36,871 bases of DNA from an uncultured Chroococcidiopsis sp. (GTDB lineage Bacteria; Cyanobacteriota; Cyanobacteriia; Cyanobacteriales; Chroococcidiopsidaceae), in contig CAXTYC010000042.1 of NCBI GenBank assembly GCA_964248365.1, forward strand, positions 1-36,871, written 5' to 3'. Positions 11,152 through 22,661 of the stretch are shown here, in pieces. The notes beneath the pieces were generated by a model. It worked only from the letters and a program-made list of their open reading frames with translations, was not told where the DNA came from and did not search any database. Within the stretch, counting starts at the first letter, position 1; each line of letters begins with the position of its first letter. Both the position numbers and the translations under genes were made by a program.

Positions 11152-11577
11152 ATGAGTACGAACCGCAGAGGCGCAGAGGACGCAGAGAAAAGAGAGTTGG
11201 GAGAGGAGATTAGTCAGCTTAGTGGAGCTGTAATTGGAGCGGCGATTGAGGTGCATCGGGTGTTGGGACCTGGGTTTCTGGAGTCTGTCTATCAAGAAGC
11301 ATTGGGTGTGGAACTACACTTGCGCCGAATACCTTTTATCTCTCAAGCAGTGGTAGCTGTGAATTACAAAGGAGCAAAGGTTGGTGAAGGTAAATTAGAT
11401 TTCCTGGTTGGAAATAGCTTAATTGTCGAATTGAAAGCAGTAGAAAACCTAGCACCCATCCACGAAGCCCAAGTTATTTCTTATCTAAAAATGACTGGTC
11501 ATCCCCTCGCCCTGCTTATCAACTTTAACGTTTCCCTTCTTAAAAACGGCATTCGTCGCATCATCCTCTCCTCTTAA
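11152..11577 (+). CDS. GxxExxY family protein (predicted PD-(D/E)XK nuclease)
   Basis: IGAAIEVHRVLGPGFLESVYQEAL, LDFLV, IVELKA, LLINF. Confidence 0.92.
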   Translation: MSTNRRGAEDAEKRELGEEISQLSGAVIGAAIEVHRVLGPGFLESVYQEALGVELHLRRIPFISQAVVAVNYKGAKVGEGKLDFLVGNSLIVELKAVENLAPIHEAQVISYLKMTGHPLALLINFNVSLLKNGIRRIILSS

Positions 11578-11609
11578 CCTCTGCGCCCTCTGCGCCCTTT
11601 GCGGTTCGT
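11158..11609. repeat. Inverted ~30-bp 9-mer-unit repeats flanking the GxxExxY gene
   Basis: acgaaccgcagaggcgcagaggacgcagag (11158-11187) versus ctctgcgccctctgcgccctttgcggttcgt (11579-11609). Confidence 0.85.
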
Positions 11610-13003
11610 TAATCAAACTTTATCCATTCCAAATGCTGGGGATTCTCCATCAAATCTTTCGCCACTATATATGCAGCAACTGTCCAAGTTTGATATCTCA
11701 TCGCTTTTTTCCCCACAAGTGTACCTTTCCTACCGTCATAGTATTCTGGCCACTTATCCCTATCCTTGTACTCAAGCCAGCGTTTTTCAGCCGTTTTAAT
11801 TGCCCTTTCGGCAATACTTTTTCTACCTGTTTTTTGGGCAGCTGCTACCAAAAACCACAGCAATACTGGCCAATTACCGCCATTGTGATACGACCAGCGA
11901 ACATTTTTAGGATCGCAGCCTGTAATTATCTCCCATTCTTTGTCTTCTAAAGCAGGAAAACAAATTTTCATCGGCATATCTCCCACCAAATCTAACCATT
12001 TTTTGCTGATTAGATTCATAATCTTTTGGGACTGCTGTTCGTCTGCTAGGGAACAAATGATAGACATCAAATTCCCCAGGGCAAAAAAACGAAAATCCAT
12101 TCTTCCAGGTCCTAGATTACCTGCTAGATAGCCTCCTTCTTTTGGCATCCAATCGGCTACCCAATGCGCTAGGGATTCTGGATAGATATTAAATTTATTT
12201 ATGACTTCTTCGCCAAATTCTTCATTTTCATATCTATGAATTTCATTTACCCGCCCTAGATCTATCCAATAATGCTCCCGAATATGTTTTTTTAGCCTAC
12301 CCAAGCGTTGCTGAATCTCTTCGTGAACATCTGCTTTATTTTCGGGTAGCAGCAGTTCGTCAGCAGTAAGTAAAGCAGCATAGAATAGGGCTTGGATTTC
12401 CAAGGGACGCTCATAAACACCCATGCGACGGTCAATCATAAAAGCGCCTTCTGGAACTAGCAGCGTTGGGTACATATCAAACCGCTTCACTAAGCATAGA
12501 TCGAGAATTAATCTCATACCCTGCTGAAAGTTTGGTTCATGAGCTAAGTTAATATCGTGGGTTGCTTTCCAATAAATCCGCAGGAGGATGATCCACCACA
12601 GACATGAATCAACGGGTGTAACTCTACCAATAGCTCGTTCACCAAAATCTGCCCTGACAACTTGTTCTTTATTCTCTTCTACTACCTCAAAGCTTGCTGG
12701 CATTAAACCTATACCAGGTCTAGCGCCATCCATATGCGCTCTAACTTCATCTATATTGTCTTCATTAATCTGTAACTTTAATGTCTGTCTCAAAAAATTT
12801 GCTACTATCTTGCTATTACCTTGAGTTAGAAAAGCCAAAGCTGAAGGCACAAAATCACGAATAAAGCAATGTCCATAATTGTACTGCTTTATACTAGTAT
12901 CGACGGCTGCTGCTACTGTACCAATTGGCTCTTCACTATAGGTCAGAATTGACCTTTCAAGTCTTTCCCATGCCTCATTTAATAGTTCACTCTCTGTAAA
13001 CAT
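11609..13003 (-). CDS. Alkaline/neutral invertase, glycoside hydrolase family 100
   Basis: [52 protein letters not shown] motifs. Confidence 0.95.
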   Translation of the reverse strand: MFTESELLNEAWERLERSILTYSEEPIGTVAAAVDTSIKQYNYGHCFIRDFVPSALAFLTQGNSKIVANFLRQTLKLQINEDNIDEVRAHMDGARPGIGLMPASFEVVEENKEQVVRADFGERAIGRVTPVDSCLWWIILLRIYWKATHDINLAHEPNFQQGMRLILDLCLVKRFDMYPTLLVPEGAFMIDRRMGVYERPLEIQALFYAALLTADELLLPENKADVHEEIQQRLGRLKKHIREHYWIDLGRVNEIHRYENEEFGEEVINKFNIYPESLAHWVADWMPKEGGYLAGNLGPGRMDFRFFALGNLMSIICSLADEQQSQKIMNLISKKWLDLVGDMPMKICFPALEDKEWEIITGCDPKNVRWSYHNGGNWPVLLWFLVAAAQKTGRKSIAERAIKTAEKRWLEYKDRDKWPEYYDGRKGTLVGKKAMRYQTWTVAAYIVAKDLMENPQHLEWIKFD

Positions 13004-13229
13004 TAATCGGTTAGCCCCCTGAAATATTTGAGCAAACTATATTGTAGATGGGCAGATCATACATCTCCACAAGGGTTACTAAGGGTTTATGGATAGTTTC
13101 TCGGAATGAATGCCCTCGTTTTAAGTTAAACAAGTGGCAATAACTCAAAACTTAAAACTACTTTCGACTACGCCCCTACCATATCACCTGGGCGATAGTC
13201 GGCGGCAGGTTCCGCCAAGGCATCTACGT

Positions 13230-13260
13230 AAAAAAATGGGGACGCGCGATCGCACCCCCA
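13230..13260 (-). terminator. Intrinsic terminator of prk with a HIP1 site in the hairpin
   Basis: Minus strand reads tgggggtgcgatcgcgcgtcccca followed by a T run, ~25 nt after the prk stop. Confidence 0.65.
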
Positions 13261-13283
13261 CAAATTCCAATTAAACTTAGAAT

Positions 13284-14288
13284 CTAAACCTTTGCCGCTA
13301 TCTTTGCTTCTTTTGCTGTCAAGCGTTCATAAACTGCCCGCATTTTCAGCCCTGTCAGCACTTGGAACAGTCCAGTACCATTATTAGATCCAGGATACTC
13401 TCGATGCTGGAGCAGCAGATGAGTCATTTCGCCTTGATATTTGGTATCAGTGTTGCTCAGATGGGTTTCGATATAAGCTACTTCCTCTAGGTTGTCAAAT
13501 TGTCCATCAACTTCTAAAACGGAAACGTAGCGACCATAGTAGACATCTGAGCCGTAGAACATTTGCATTCCTGGGTAGGAACAGGTTAGCTTACGTCCAC
13601 AGGGTGTCCAATGAATGGTTGACCCTTCATCAAACAAGTACACTGGCTTCATGCCTTCCAGGTTTTCGCTCTGAAGCATCCGTACTCGTAGTACTTTACG
13701 CTCTTTATCCTCTTTGATTAAGTTTGTGGGTAGAACTTGGATCACAACATCGGCGAATTCTTTTTGCGGCTCGATGTATGCCTCAAAATCAGGGCGACGA
13801 GAGTTAATCGCAGCAATCACGTCTTCATAACGATGACCGCGCTCTGCCATATCTCGCTGGATTTTCCAGGCAACTTTGACTTCATCGCTGATGTCAAGAT
13901 AAACGCTAAAGTCAAGCAGCGATCGCACCCGCTCATCATATAACGGATGCAGTCCCTCAACCACAATAATGTGATTCGGTTCGATCCGCTCTGGTGGATC
14001 TATCATGCCAGTTTCGTGGTTGTAAATCGGCTTGTCAATCGCTTGACCATTTTTGAGCGCTTTAATTTGCTCAGCCATCAGGTCAAAGTTGTTTGCCCGG
14101 GGATCGAGTGCAGTTATCCCTGTTTCTTTGCGCTGTTTCCTATCCAGGCTGTGATAGTCATCTAAGCAGATAACTGTAATAAATTCTTCTCCAAACAAAT
14201 CTTCTAAACGGCGCAAAAACGTGGATTTTCCGCATCCGGAGTCTCCGGCTACGCCAATTAAAACCACGCGATCTGGCTTACTGATCAT
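13284..14288 (-). CDS. prk: Phosphoribulokinase
   Basis: GVAGDSGCGKST, CLDDYHSLDR, KIQRDMAERGH, GSNNGTG; divergent from petH. Confidence 0.98.
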   Translation of the reverse strand: MISKPDRVVLIGVAGDSGCGKSTFLRRLEDLFGEEFITVICLDDYHSLDRKQRKETGITALDPRANNFDLMAEQIKALKNGQAIDKPIYNHETGMIDPPERIEPNHIIVVEGLHPLYDERVRSLLDFSVYLDISDEVKVAWKIQRDMAERGHRYEDVIAAINSRRPDFEAYIEPQKEFADVVIQVLPTNLIKEDKERKVLRVRMLQSENLEGMKPVYLFDEGSTIHWTPCGRKLTCSYPGMQMFYGSDVYYGRYVSVLEVDGQFDNLEEVAYIETHLSNTDTKYQGEMTHLLLQHREYPGSNNGTGLFQVLTGLKMRAVYERLTAKEAKIAAKV

Positions 14289-14830
14289 AGGTTTCCTCTA
14301 ACGACAAGATGTGTTGCTTTTTATTTTGTTTGTTTGGCTGCTTTGTAGCCTGGAGGTTATTTTGGTAGTCTGTAGTGTTGTGAGTTCACCGCACTACATC
14401 TACCCATCTACACAGCAAGGCATTTATTACCCATGCGGGTAGAAACAAGCTGATGCTGGTAAGTATTTAATCCTACTGTTATAGTAGATCCTACCAGAAT
14501 GGGATCACCTATTCAAGGCTGATCGTCAGCGTTATAGTCGGGTGGTTGCTCTACTTATGCTAATGTTTAGTTGCATATTTTTATAAAAAAAACAAAACTG
14601 ACTCACTCAACACATTCACCAAAGTTATTTACTTTGTAGTCTGATAAGGGGCAGTTAGTCAAAATCGGTCGCAGCAGCCGCTCCAATACGAGTGAGAATA
14701 CTAAAAGTTCGGTAAGATGAGCTACTTTCTTTTGGCAGAACATCAAACCGGAATTCGGTGATGGAAACTGCCTCAAAATAGAAAGGGCTGTTTTTGAACA
14801 ACAAGTTAAGTAGGGTTCGGAGAGATTTAA

Positions 14831-16105
<1,275 letters not shown>

Positions 16106-16286
16106 GGACTAGGGGCTAGGGGCTAGGGAAAGAATTTGAAATGTTAAATTTAATCCAAAAGCTCAAATGCCTAAGCCAAAATTTACTAGCCCAGTTAAGT
16201 AAGGTGGGCAATGCCCACCTTATTTTGTTGTTAGGGGTGTATTGACATACGCCCCTACAATTGTTTTGCGAGTGGGTGCTTTTGTT

Positions 16287-17648
16287 GTGGCTTTTAAAAT
16301 AGGTTTACTGGGATTGGGAACTGTGGGTACGGGTACAGTCCAGGTATTGCTGGATACGGCGAAGCGTCACCCGTTGTTACAGGAGTTGGAAGTTTATCGG
16401 GTGGGGGTGCGAGAGCGAAATAAAACTCGTGCTGTCAATCTACCAGATGATGTATTGACTACAGACTTAGAGGCAATTGTCACTGATCCAAAGGTAGATA
16501 TTGTTGTGGAAGTATTGGGGGGATTGGAACCGACGCGATCGCTCATCCTCCTTGCAATTAGTCATGGTAAGCACATTGTCACAGCCAATAAAGCAGTAAT
16601 TGCTCGCTATGGTGATGAAATCTTTACCGCTGCTAACAAAGCTGGAGTTTACGTTTTGCTAGAAGCGGCTGTAGGTGGCGGTATTCCCGTAATTCAACCC
16701 CTAAAGCAATCTTTGAGCGTCAACCGCATTCATACAGTTACAGGCATTGTTAACGGCACTACTAACTACATCCTCACTCGGATGCAAACCGAAGGAAGTG
16801 ACTTTGCTGATGTCTTAGCAGATGCCCAAAAACTCGGTTATGCGGAAGCTGATCCAACCGCTGATGTAGATGGTTTGGACGCGGCGGATAAAATCGCTAT
16901 CCTCGCCTGCTTAGCTTTTGGGGGAAGAATTAAATTACAAGACGTTTACTGTGAAGGTATTCGCTCTGTTAGCAAAACAGATATTACCTATGCCCAAAAA
17001 CTAGGCTTTGTCATTAAACTACTGGCGATCGCCAAACAAGAACAAACCAACACACCACTAGGGGCGGGTTCTAAAAATATATCTACGGGAAAACAGACAA
17101 CTTTAAATAACCCGCCCCTACCAACCCCCACCCTTTCCGTCCGAGTCCATCCAACTTTAGTTCCCACATCACATCCGTTAGCAAATGTCAACGGCGTTTA
17201 TAATGCAATTCTGGTTGAAGGAGAACCGCTCGGACAAGTGATGTTTTTTGGTCCAGGGGCTGGGGCTGGTGCTACTGCTAGCGCTGTGGTTTCGGATATT
17301 TTAAATATTGCTGCACTCTTGAAGGCAGAATCAAAAACTGCCCACTCCTTATTGGCTTGTTCTCATCAAGATTATTGTGCGATCGCACCGATAGAAGAGC
17401 TTGTCACCAGGTTCTATGCCCGTTTTCTGACACAGGATCGCCCAGGCGTAATTGGCAAACTAGGTACTTGCTTTGGCTATCATGGTGTGAGCCTGGAATC
17501 AGTTGTACAAACTGGTTTACAGCAAGAGTTAGCTGAAATTGTAGTCGTCACCCACGATGTACAAGAAGGTAATTTTCGCCAAGCCTTGGCAGAAATCCGT
17601 GAATTAGAAGCAATAGATAGTATTCCCAGCCTGCTGCGAGTGCTTTAA
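16287..17648 (+). CDS. hom: Homoserine dehydrogenase with C-terminal ACT domain
   Basis: GLGTVG, VTANK, EAAVGGGIP, NGTTNYIL, AEADP, GPGAG; likely GTG start at 16287. Confidence 0.95.
   Translation: MAFKIGLLGLGTVGTGTVQVLLDTAKRHPLLQELEVYRVGVRERNKTRAVNLPDDVLTTDLEAIVTDPKVDIVVEVLGGLEPTRSLILLAISHGKHIVTANKAVIARYGDEIFTAANKAGVYVLLEAAVGGGIPVIQPLKQSLSVNRIHTVTGIVNGTTNYILTRMQTEGSDFADVLADAQKLGYAEADPTADVDGLDAADKIAILACLAFGGRIKLQDVYCEGIRSVSKTDITYAQKLGFVIKLLAIAKQEQTNTPLGAGSKNISTGKQTTLNNPPLPTPTLSVRVHPTLVPTSHPLANVNGVYNAILVEGEPLGQVMFFGPGAGAGATASAVVSDILNIAALLKAESKTAHSLLACSHQDYCAIAPIEELVTRFYARFLTQDRPGVIGKLGTCFGYHGVSLESVVQTGLQQELAEIVVVTHDVQEGNFRQALAEIRELEAIDSIPSLLRVL
17059..17120. mobile_element. 62-bp palindromic MITE-like element inserted in frame in hom
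   Basis: taggggcgggtt ... aacccgccccta terminal inverted repeats with TA at both ends; same length and ends as the copy at 26128-26189. Confidence 0.75.
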
Positions 17649-17766
17649 CCAGTTACCAGTTACCAGTTACTAGTAGCTTAGCGATACATTATAAATAAAG
17701 GGTCTTAGGTCAAGGTTCGAGAATTTAAACTTGCATCTTGGCAAAAATACGGTGGCGGAGAAATAG

Positions 17767-19200
17767 ATGGGTGTTAATTTAAAGCGACCGATTTTAGCAG
17801 GTGGAGTAGGGCTATCGTTTGCTCTGTGTCTTTTGCAGAGTTGGCATAATTCGGTAGCAGCATTGGGAGAATATAGTGTAGTGGGTGCGATCGCCCTCAT
17901 TGTCGGTTTGTGGTTGTTCAAGCAATATCGTTTTAAAGATGCCACAAAGGCTGATAATACGCCATTAGATCGAGAAAAAGTAGCTGGGGCGATCGCACAG
18001 GTAGAAACTGTAGTTAGCCACCTGGAAACAGAAGCTGAAAATCATCAGGTAAACGAGCAACTACGGCAAAAAATCGCAGTTCTGCATACCCAATTAGATC
18101 GGCAAGAAATTCACTTCGCGGTTACTGGGGGAAAGGCTGTAGGTAAAAGCACATTGATTCAAGTGCTGCAAAAAAATTGGGTAGCACCAATTCAAACACT
18201 ATGTTGGAGTGAAACTCCAGCTTTATTTACTGATACAACCGAAGCGGGTTTGAAAGCTGCGACATCCTCCGACTTGGTACTGTTTGTAACCAACTCAGAT
18301 TTAACCGACTCGGAATATCAGGTTTTGCAACAACTGATAGCAAATCAGCGTTTGGTTTTGGTATTTAACAAGCAAGACCAATATTTACCAGATGAACGCG
18401 CTGCTGTATTAAATTCTATACAGCAAAGAATGCAGCCATTGCTTAAGGCAGAAGATGTAGTAACGATCGCCGCCTCTCCTAGTCCAATTCTTGTACGTCA
18501 GTATCAAACAGATGATACAGCACAAGAGTGGATGGAAGAGCGCTCCCCAGAAATTACCCAATTAACTGGACAGTTGAGCCAAATTGTGGTAAAAGAACGA
18601 CAACAACTGGTATGGGCAACTACCAAACGAGCGGCTGACAATCTCAAAGCCGAAGCGAAAACAGTTTTGAATCAGGTAAGACGCGATCGCGCCCTTCCCC
18701 TAGTTGAACAATATCAGTGGATCGCCGCCGCTGCTGCCTTTGCTAACCCAGTTCCCGCCTTGGATCTACTAGCAACAGCAGCTATCAATGCTCAGCTAGT
18801 TATAGAATTGGGTGCGATCTACCAGCAAAAATTTTCCCTCCAGCAGGCTCAAGAAGTAGCTGGCACAATGGGAAGCCTGATGCTCAAACTCGGTTTAGTC
18901 GAACTTTCTACCAAAGCAGTTAGCACCGTTCTCAAAAGTAACGCCGTTACCTTTGTAGCTGGTGGAGTAGTTCAAGGAGTAAGTGCAGCTTATCTAACTC
19001 GCTTAGCAGGTGTTAGCCTCATCGAGTATTTCCAACAACAGGAAGTAGACGCATCTGCCACCCGATTGAATCTCGATAAATTAGGGCAAACCTTGCGAAA
19101 CGTCTTTGTACAAAATCAACAGCTACCTTTCCTGCAAGGATTTGTTAAACAAAGCGTAGGGCGTTTGTTACCACAATCACCCCAACCTCAAAACCCATAA
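17767..19200 (+). CDS. YcjF/DUF697 family GTPase-like membrane protein
   Basis: N-terminal TM segments, GGKAVGKS P-loop, VFNKQD, AAFANPVPALDL. Confidence 0.85.
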   Translation: MGVNLKRPILAGGVGLSFALCLLQSWHNSVAALGEYSVVGAIALIVGLWLFKQYRFKDATKADNTPLDREKVAGAIAQVETVVSHLETEAENHQVNEQLRQKIAVLHTQLDRQEIHFAVTGGKAVGKSTLIQVLQKNWVAPIQTLCWSETPALFTDTTEAGLKAATSSDLVLFVTNSDLTDSEYQVLQQLIANQRLVLVFNKQDQYLPDERAAVLNSIQQRMQPLLKAEDVVTIAASPSPILVRQYQTDDTAQEWMEERSPEITQLTGQLSQIVVKERQQLVWATTKRAADNLKAEAKTVLNQVRRDRALPLVEQYQWIAAAAAFANPVPALDLLATAAINAQLVIELGAIYQQKFSLQQAQEVAGTMGSLMLKLGLVELSTKAVSTVLKSNAVTFVAGGVVQGVSAAYLTRLAGVSLIEYFQQQEVDASATRLNLDKLGQTLRNVFVQNQQLPFLQGFVKQSVGRLLPQSPQPQNP

Positions 19201-19235
19201 TCAGTAGGGTGGGCAATGCCCACCTTACATTTATT

Positions 19236-19682
19236 GTGGACAGAATTTATGACCGAGAATCTTTCAGGCAAAAATTTATACAAAAAATATCTGAACTAAT
19301 AGAGCGAGTCGGTTGCAACTTAGGTTCTCAGGACAGTAGCGGTGGGAGATTAGTATTAACTCAAGCTGAATCAATAGAGCTTGCGTGTAAAGAATACTTC
19401 ACCTACGGCTGTACAATATATCCATCTAGCTTCATTAGTTTTCAACTTCGGTTTGGTGATAAAAGCTTATTTGAGGATGAGTCGGTAGCTAATCTAATTG
19501 CTGCTCTTGGACCACTTAATCCCTCTGTAGCTAATGTTATACCTTATGTTGTAGATGACAATGAATATCGTGACTGGACTCCAACAAATATGGGAGGTAC
19601 TTATTCAATCTGCTTGTTTGTAGATGCTATGCAGCAAGCTGGTACACGTCTGCTTATCTCTTTTCCCCGCTATGAAGATTAA
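19236..19682 (+). CDS. Hypothetical protein (start uncertain)
   Basis: Open frame of ~150 codons; the ORF-track start lies inside a GTGGGCAATGCCCAC repeat, so GTG at 19236 is more plausible. Confidence 0.5.
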   Translation: MDRIYDRESFRQKFIQKISELIERVGCNLGSQDSSGGRLVLTQAESIELACKEYFTYGCTIYPSSFISFQLRFGDKSLFEDESVANLIAALGPLNPSVANVIPYVVDDNEYRDWTPTNMGGTYSICLFVDAMQQAGTRLLISFPRYED

Positions 19683-20072
19683 ATAAAGCAGGTAAAATAT
19701 TTTTCTGTTTTATCAGACTTCTTTTTTATTTCTTCTCTTATTTGAGCTATTGCAGGTATGGTGTGTTAGGTCCTTGCCGTAACGCACCGAAAACTAAGCT
19801 TTTGGTGCATTAGGCTTCGACGAGCGCACCCTACGTTGGTGTAACTTGAATGCACATCGGCTTATTAGAATGTTTGGATTGACGAATTCAACATTGAGGC
19901 GAATTGGCTCTATAGCCTCTTGCTCTAATGTTGTATCCTCTAGAAAGTTGGAGTCAAAGGAATTTTGCTCTTGATTACTTTCTGCCAATAGCTCTGCTGC
20001 TTTTGAGTTGAAATCTATATTTATTAAGATTAGAGCAAAATAGATATGTAGCCTGTTGTTTCCTTTTTAGCC

Positions 20073-21461
20073 TTGACTCAAACTAATCCACCGCGTACCA
20101 ATATCCAAGAATCTCACCTCAACCGCGCTCGTGCTAGTCTCCGCCAAGCACTTTCTTGGTATGGATTTCTGCGTAAACCTGGACAAAGGTCGTCAAATCC
20201 CGAATTAGCCGGATTGGTGAAACCCCAATTAGATGCTTTGAACTCGACACTTAGCAAGCTAGACTCTAATGTAATTCGGATTGCTGCTTTTGGTTTGGTT
20301 AGTCGCGGCAAATCATCGGTTTTAAATGCTCTATTGGGACAAAAAACTCTGCAAACAGGACCTCTCAACGGTGTTACCCAATACCCTCGTTCTGTACGTT
20401 GGACACCCAGCGATAGGGCTAAAGTCCAAGTAGAATTGATCGATACACCAGGATTGGATGAAATCGAAGGTCAAGCACGAGAATTAATGGCAAAAGATGT
20501 TGCTCGTTCCTCTGACTTGATTTTGTTTGTAGTAGCAGGGGATATTACTAGAACTGAGTATGAGGCGCTTTGTGAATTAAGAAAAGCTCAAAAGCCCCTG
20601 ATTTTAGTATTTAATAAAATAGACTTGTATCCAGATACAGACAAAGAAGCAATTTATAAAAATTTGCAACAACTAGGTGCTGGTGGTGCGACTGGAAGAA
20701 AATTGCAGCAGCTGTTGTCCAGTGATGAGATAGTTATGGTGGCGGCAGAACCTGCACCAATCGAAGTGCGTGTTGAATATCCTAATGGTGAAGTTAGCTA
20801 TGAATGGGAAACACCAGCACCACAAGTAGATGAGCTAAAGCAGAAAATTTTGGACATTCTCAACCGAGAAGGGCGATCGCTTCTAGCACTAAATGCCCTA
20901 CTTCAAGCTCAAGACGCACAAGCCGCGATCGCTCACAAAACTATCGATTTGCGCTCCAAAGCAGCAGAAGACCTAATCTGGCAATACGCTAAATACAAAG
21001 CGATCGCTGTAGGAGTCAACCCCATTGCTTTCCTAGATTTATTGGGAGGATTTGTCGCTGACTTAGCTCTAATTCGTTCTCTTGCCAAACTCTACAATCT
21101 GCCCATGACAGGCTTTGAAGCCACAAAATTGTTGAAAACAATTCTTTTGGGTTCTGGGGGTTTGCTACTAAGTGAACTCGGTAGCGGTTTAGTGTTGGGA
21201 TTGGGCAAAAGTGCCAGCGCGATCGCCAGTGGTGAAAATCCCACAAACATTACTGCCTACGCTGGGACTGCCATTACTCAAGCTGGTATTGCTGGCTATA
21301 CTGCTTATGCCATTGGTCACGCAGCACAAGTATATCTAGAGCGTGGCTGTACTTGGGGACAACTCGGAGCTAGTACTGTAATTCAAGAGATTCTCACTCA
21401 AGTCGAACCAAATACCATTCTTTACCGTCTCCGTCTGGAGTTAGGGCAACACTTGTATTAA
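20073..21461 (+). CDS. GTP-binding protein with DUF697 domain (Era/HSR1-like)
   Basis: GLVSRGKS (G1), DTPGLDE (G3), NKID (G4), NPIAFLDL. Confidence 0.9.
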   Translation: MTQTNPPRTNIQESHLNRARASLRQALSWYGFLRKPGQRSSNPELAGLVKPQLDALNSTLSKLDSNVIRIAAFGLVSRGKSSVLNALLGQKTLQTGPLNGVTQYPRSVRWTPSDRAKVQVELIDTPGLDEIEGQARELMAKDVARSSDLILFVVAGDITRTEYEALCELRKAQKPLILVFNKIDLYPDTDKEAIYKNLQQLGAGGATGRKLQQLLSSDEIVMVAAEPAPIEVRVEYPNGEVSYEWETPAPQVDELKQKILDILNREGRSLLALNALLQAQDAQAAIAHKTIDLRSKAAEDLIWQYAKYKAIAVGVNPIAFLDLLGGFVADLALIRSLAKLYNLPMTGFEATKLLKTILLGSGGLLLSELGSGLVLGLGKSASAIASGENPTNITAYAGTAITQAGIAGYTAYAIGHAAQVYLERGCTWGQLGASTVIQEILTQVEPNTILYRLRLELGQHLY

Positions 21462-21520
21462 TGTATTGAGTAAAAATTTTTACGCTGTTTGCGCGAAATT
21501 TTTTTCTTACCTCTTGCGCG

Positions 21521-21662
21521 CAATTTTATTATGTCGTAAAATGATTTATAAGATAATGGGAATCTGTGCTGAATTATTTTTAGAGCCGATATTTCTATTA
21601 TTTAGTAGAGTACCACAAAATTCTCGCAAAAGTACAGCCGGCGGCTAAAAAATTCGCCGCCG
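21521..21662 (+). repeat. Left copy of ~142-bp diverged direct repeat (res/att-like)
   Basis: Aligns colinearly (one 1-nt gap, ~70% identity by hand count) with 25968-26108. Confidence 0.8.
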
Positions 21663-21676
21663 GCATCGCTAATTTC

Positions 21677-21841
21677 TCACTGGGGTGGTCGCCGCTGTCC
21701 GTCCGGTGGTTGGGCGGCATTTGTTGCCTGTGCGATTTGATTGAATGGAGCTTCGGCATTTGCCTGATTGTGTGAATAAAAATTAAATGTACCAATCACA
21801 AAAGGAATCGCTGCCAAGGGTAGCACTCGACGAATATTCAT
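21677..21841 (-). pseudogene. Small secreted protein, apparently truncated (54 codons)
   Basis: MNIRRVLPLAAIPFVIGTFNFYSHNQANAEAP...QRRPPQ*; signal peptide with A-N-A site, divergent from the response regulator, ends at the direct-repeat border. Confidence 0.6.
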
Positions 21842-21987
21842 AACAATCAACCTTCTCTAGTACTAGTGTTTACATTTCACAATTAAGCACAATCAAAATG
21901 ACAGCTTGACTGCAAACACCAATTACAGTTTTGTAATTTGAGCTAAAGGGTAATGAATCTAGAATGGAGCAATAGGTCGAATGATGA

Positions 21988-22659
21988 ATGCTTGTGAACG
22001 TTCTGTTTGTTGAAGTTGCTAACTTCGTCCAGGCTGGACTGAAGGAGCAGGGATTTGTTGTAGACTACTGCGATAACGGTGATGAAGGTTATCTACGAGC
22101 ATTAGACAACATATACGACGCGATCGTGCTTGATGTCATGGTGCCAGGACTCGATGGACTATCGATTCTCAAACAACTGCGGCAGAAAGGTCGAAATGCT
22201 CCCGTGATATTGTTAACAGCCCGTAACGAACTGGACGATCGCCTAGCGGGGCTGAATTTAGGAGCTGATGACTATATTGCTAAACCGTTTTTTGTCGAAG
22301 AGTTAGCGGCTCGAATTCATGCCGTTGTGCGCCGGAGCGTGGGCGATTGCCAAAATCTGCTTTCGGTTGGATCGCTCAAACTGAATCGCATCATGCGAGA
22401 AGTCACCTGCAATCAACAGGCGATAGAACTCACCAGCCGTGAGTTTAATCTTTTAGAGTATCTAATGCGCTCTCCCAAACGAGTCTTCACGCGGACTCAA
22501 ATTATAGAACACGTTTGGGGCTACGACTTTAACCCAAACACCAACGTTGTGGATGTTTGTATCCAACGAATTCGTAAAAAAATTGACCCAATCGATCAAG
22601 CAGGCTGGATCGAAAGCATTCGAGGGGTGGGATACCGATTTCGCAAGCCACAATCTTAA
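21988..22659 (+). CDS. OmpR-family response regulator, possibly degenerate
   Basis: LDVMVPG phospho-Asp, GADDYIAKPF, winged-helix IRGVGY; first acidic pocket shortened (VLFVEVANF). Confidence 0.9.
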   Translation: MLVNVLFVEVANFVQAGLKEQGFVVDYCDNGDEGYLRALDNIYDAIVLDVMVPGLDGLSILKQLRQKGRNAPVILLTARNELDDRLAGLNLGADDYIAKPFFVEELAARIHAVVRRSVGDCQNLLSVGSLKLNRIMREVTCNQQAIELTSREFNLLEYLMRSPKRVFTRTQIIEHVWGYDFNPNTNVVDVCIQRIRKKIDPIDQAGWIESIRGVGYRFRKPQS

Positions 22660-22661
22660 TC

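Noticed and set aside
21462..21520. TGTA-starting segment as a Tn7/CAST end
   Set aside because: No repeated TnsB-site pattern or matching opposite end could be identified
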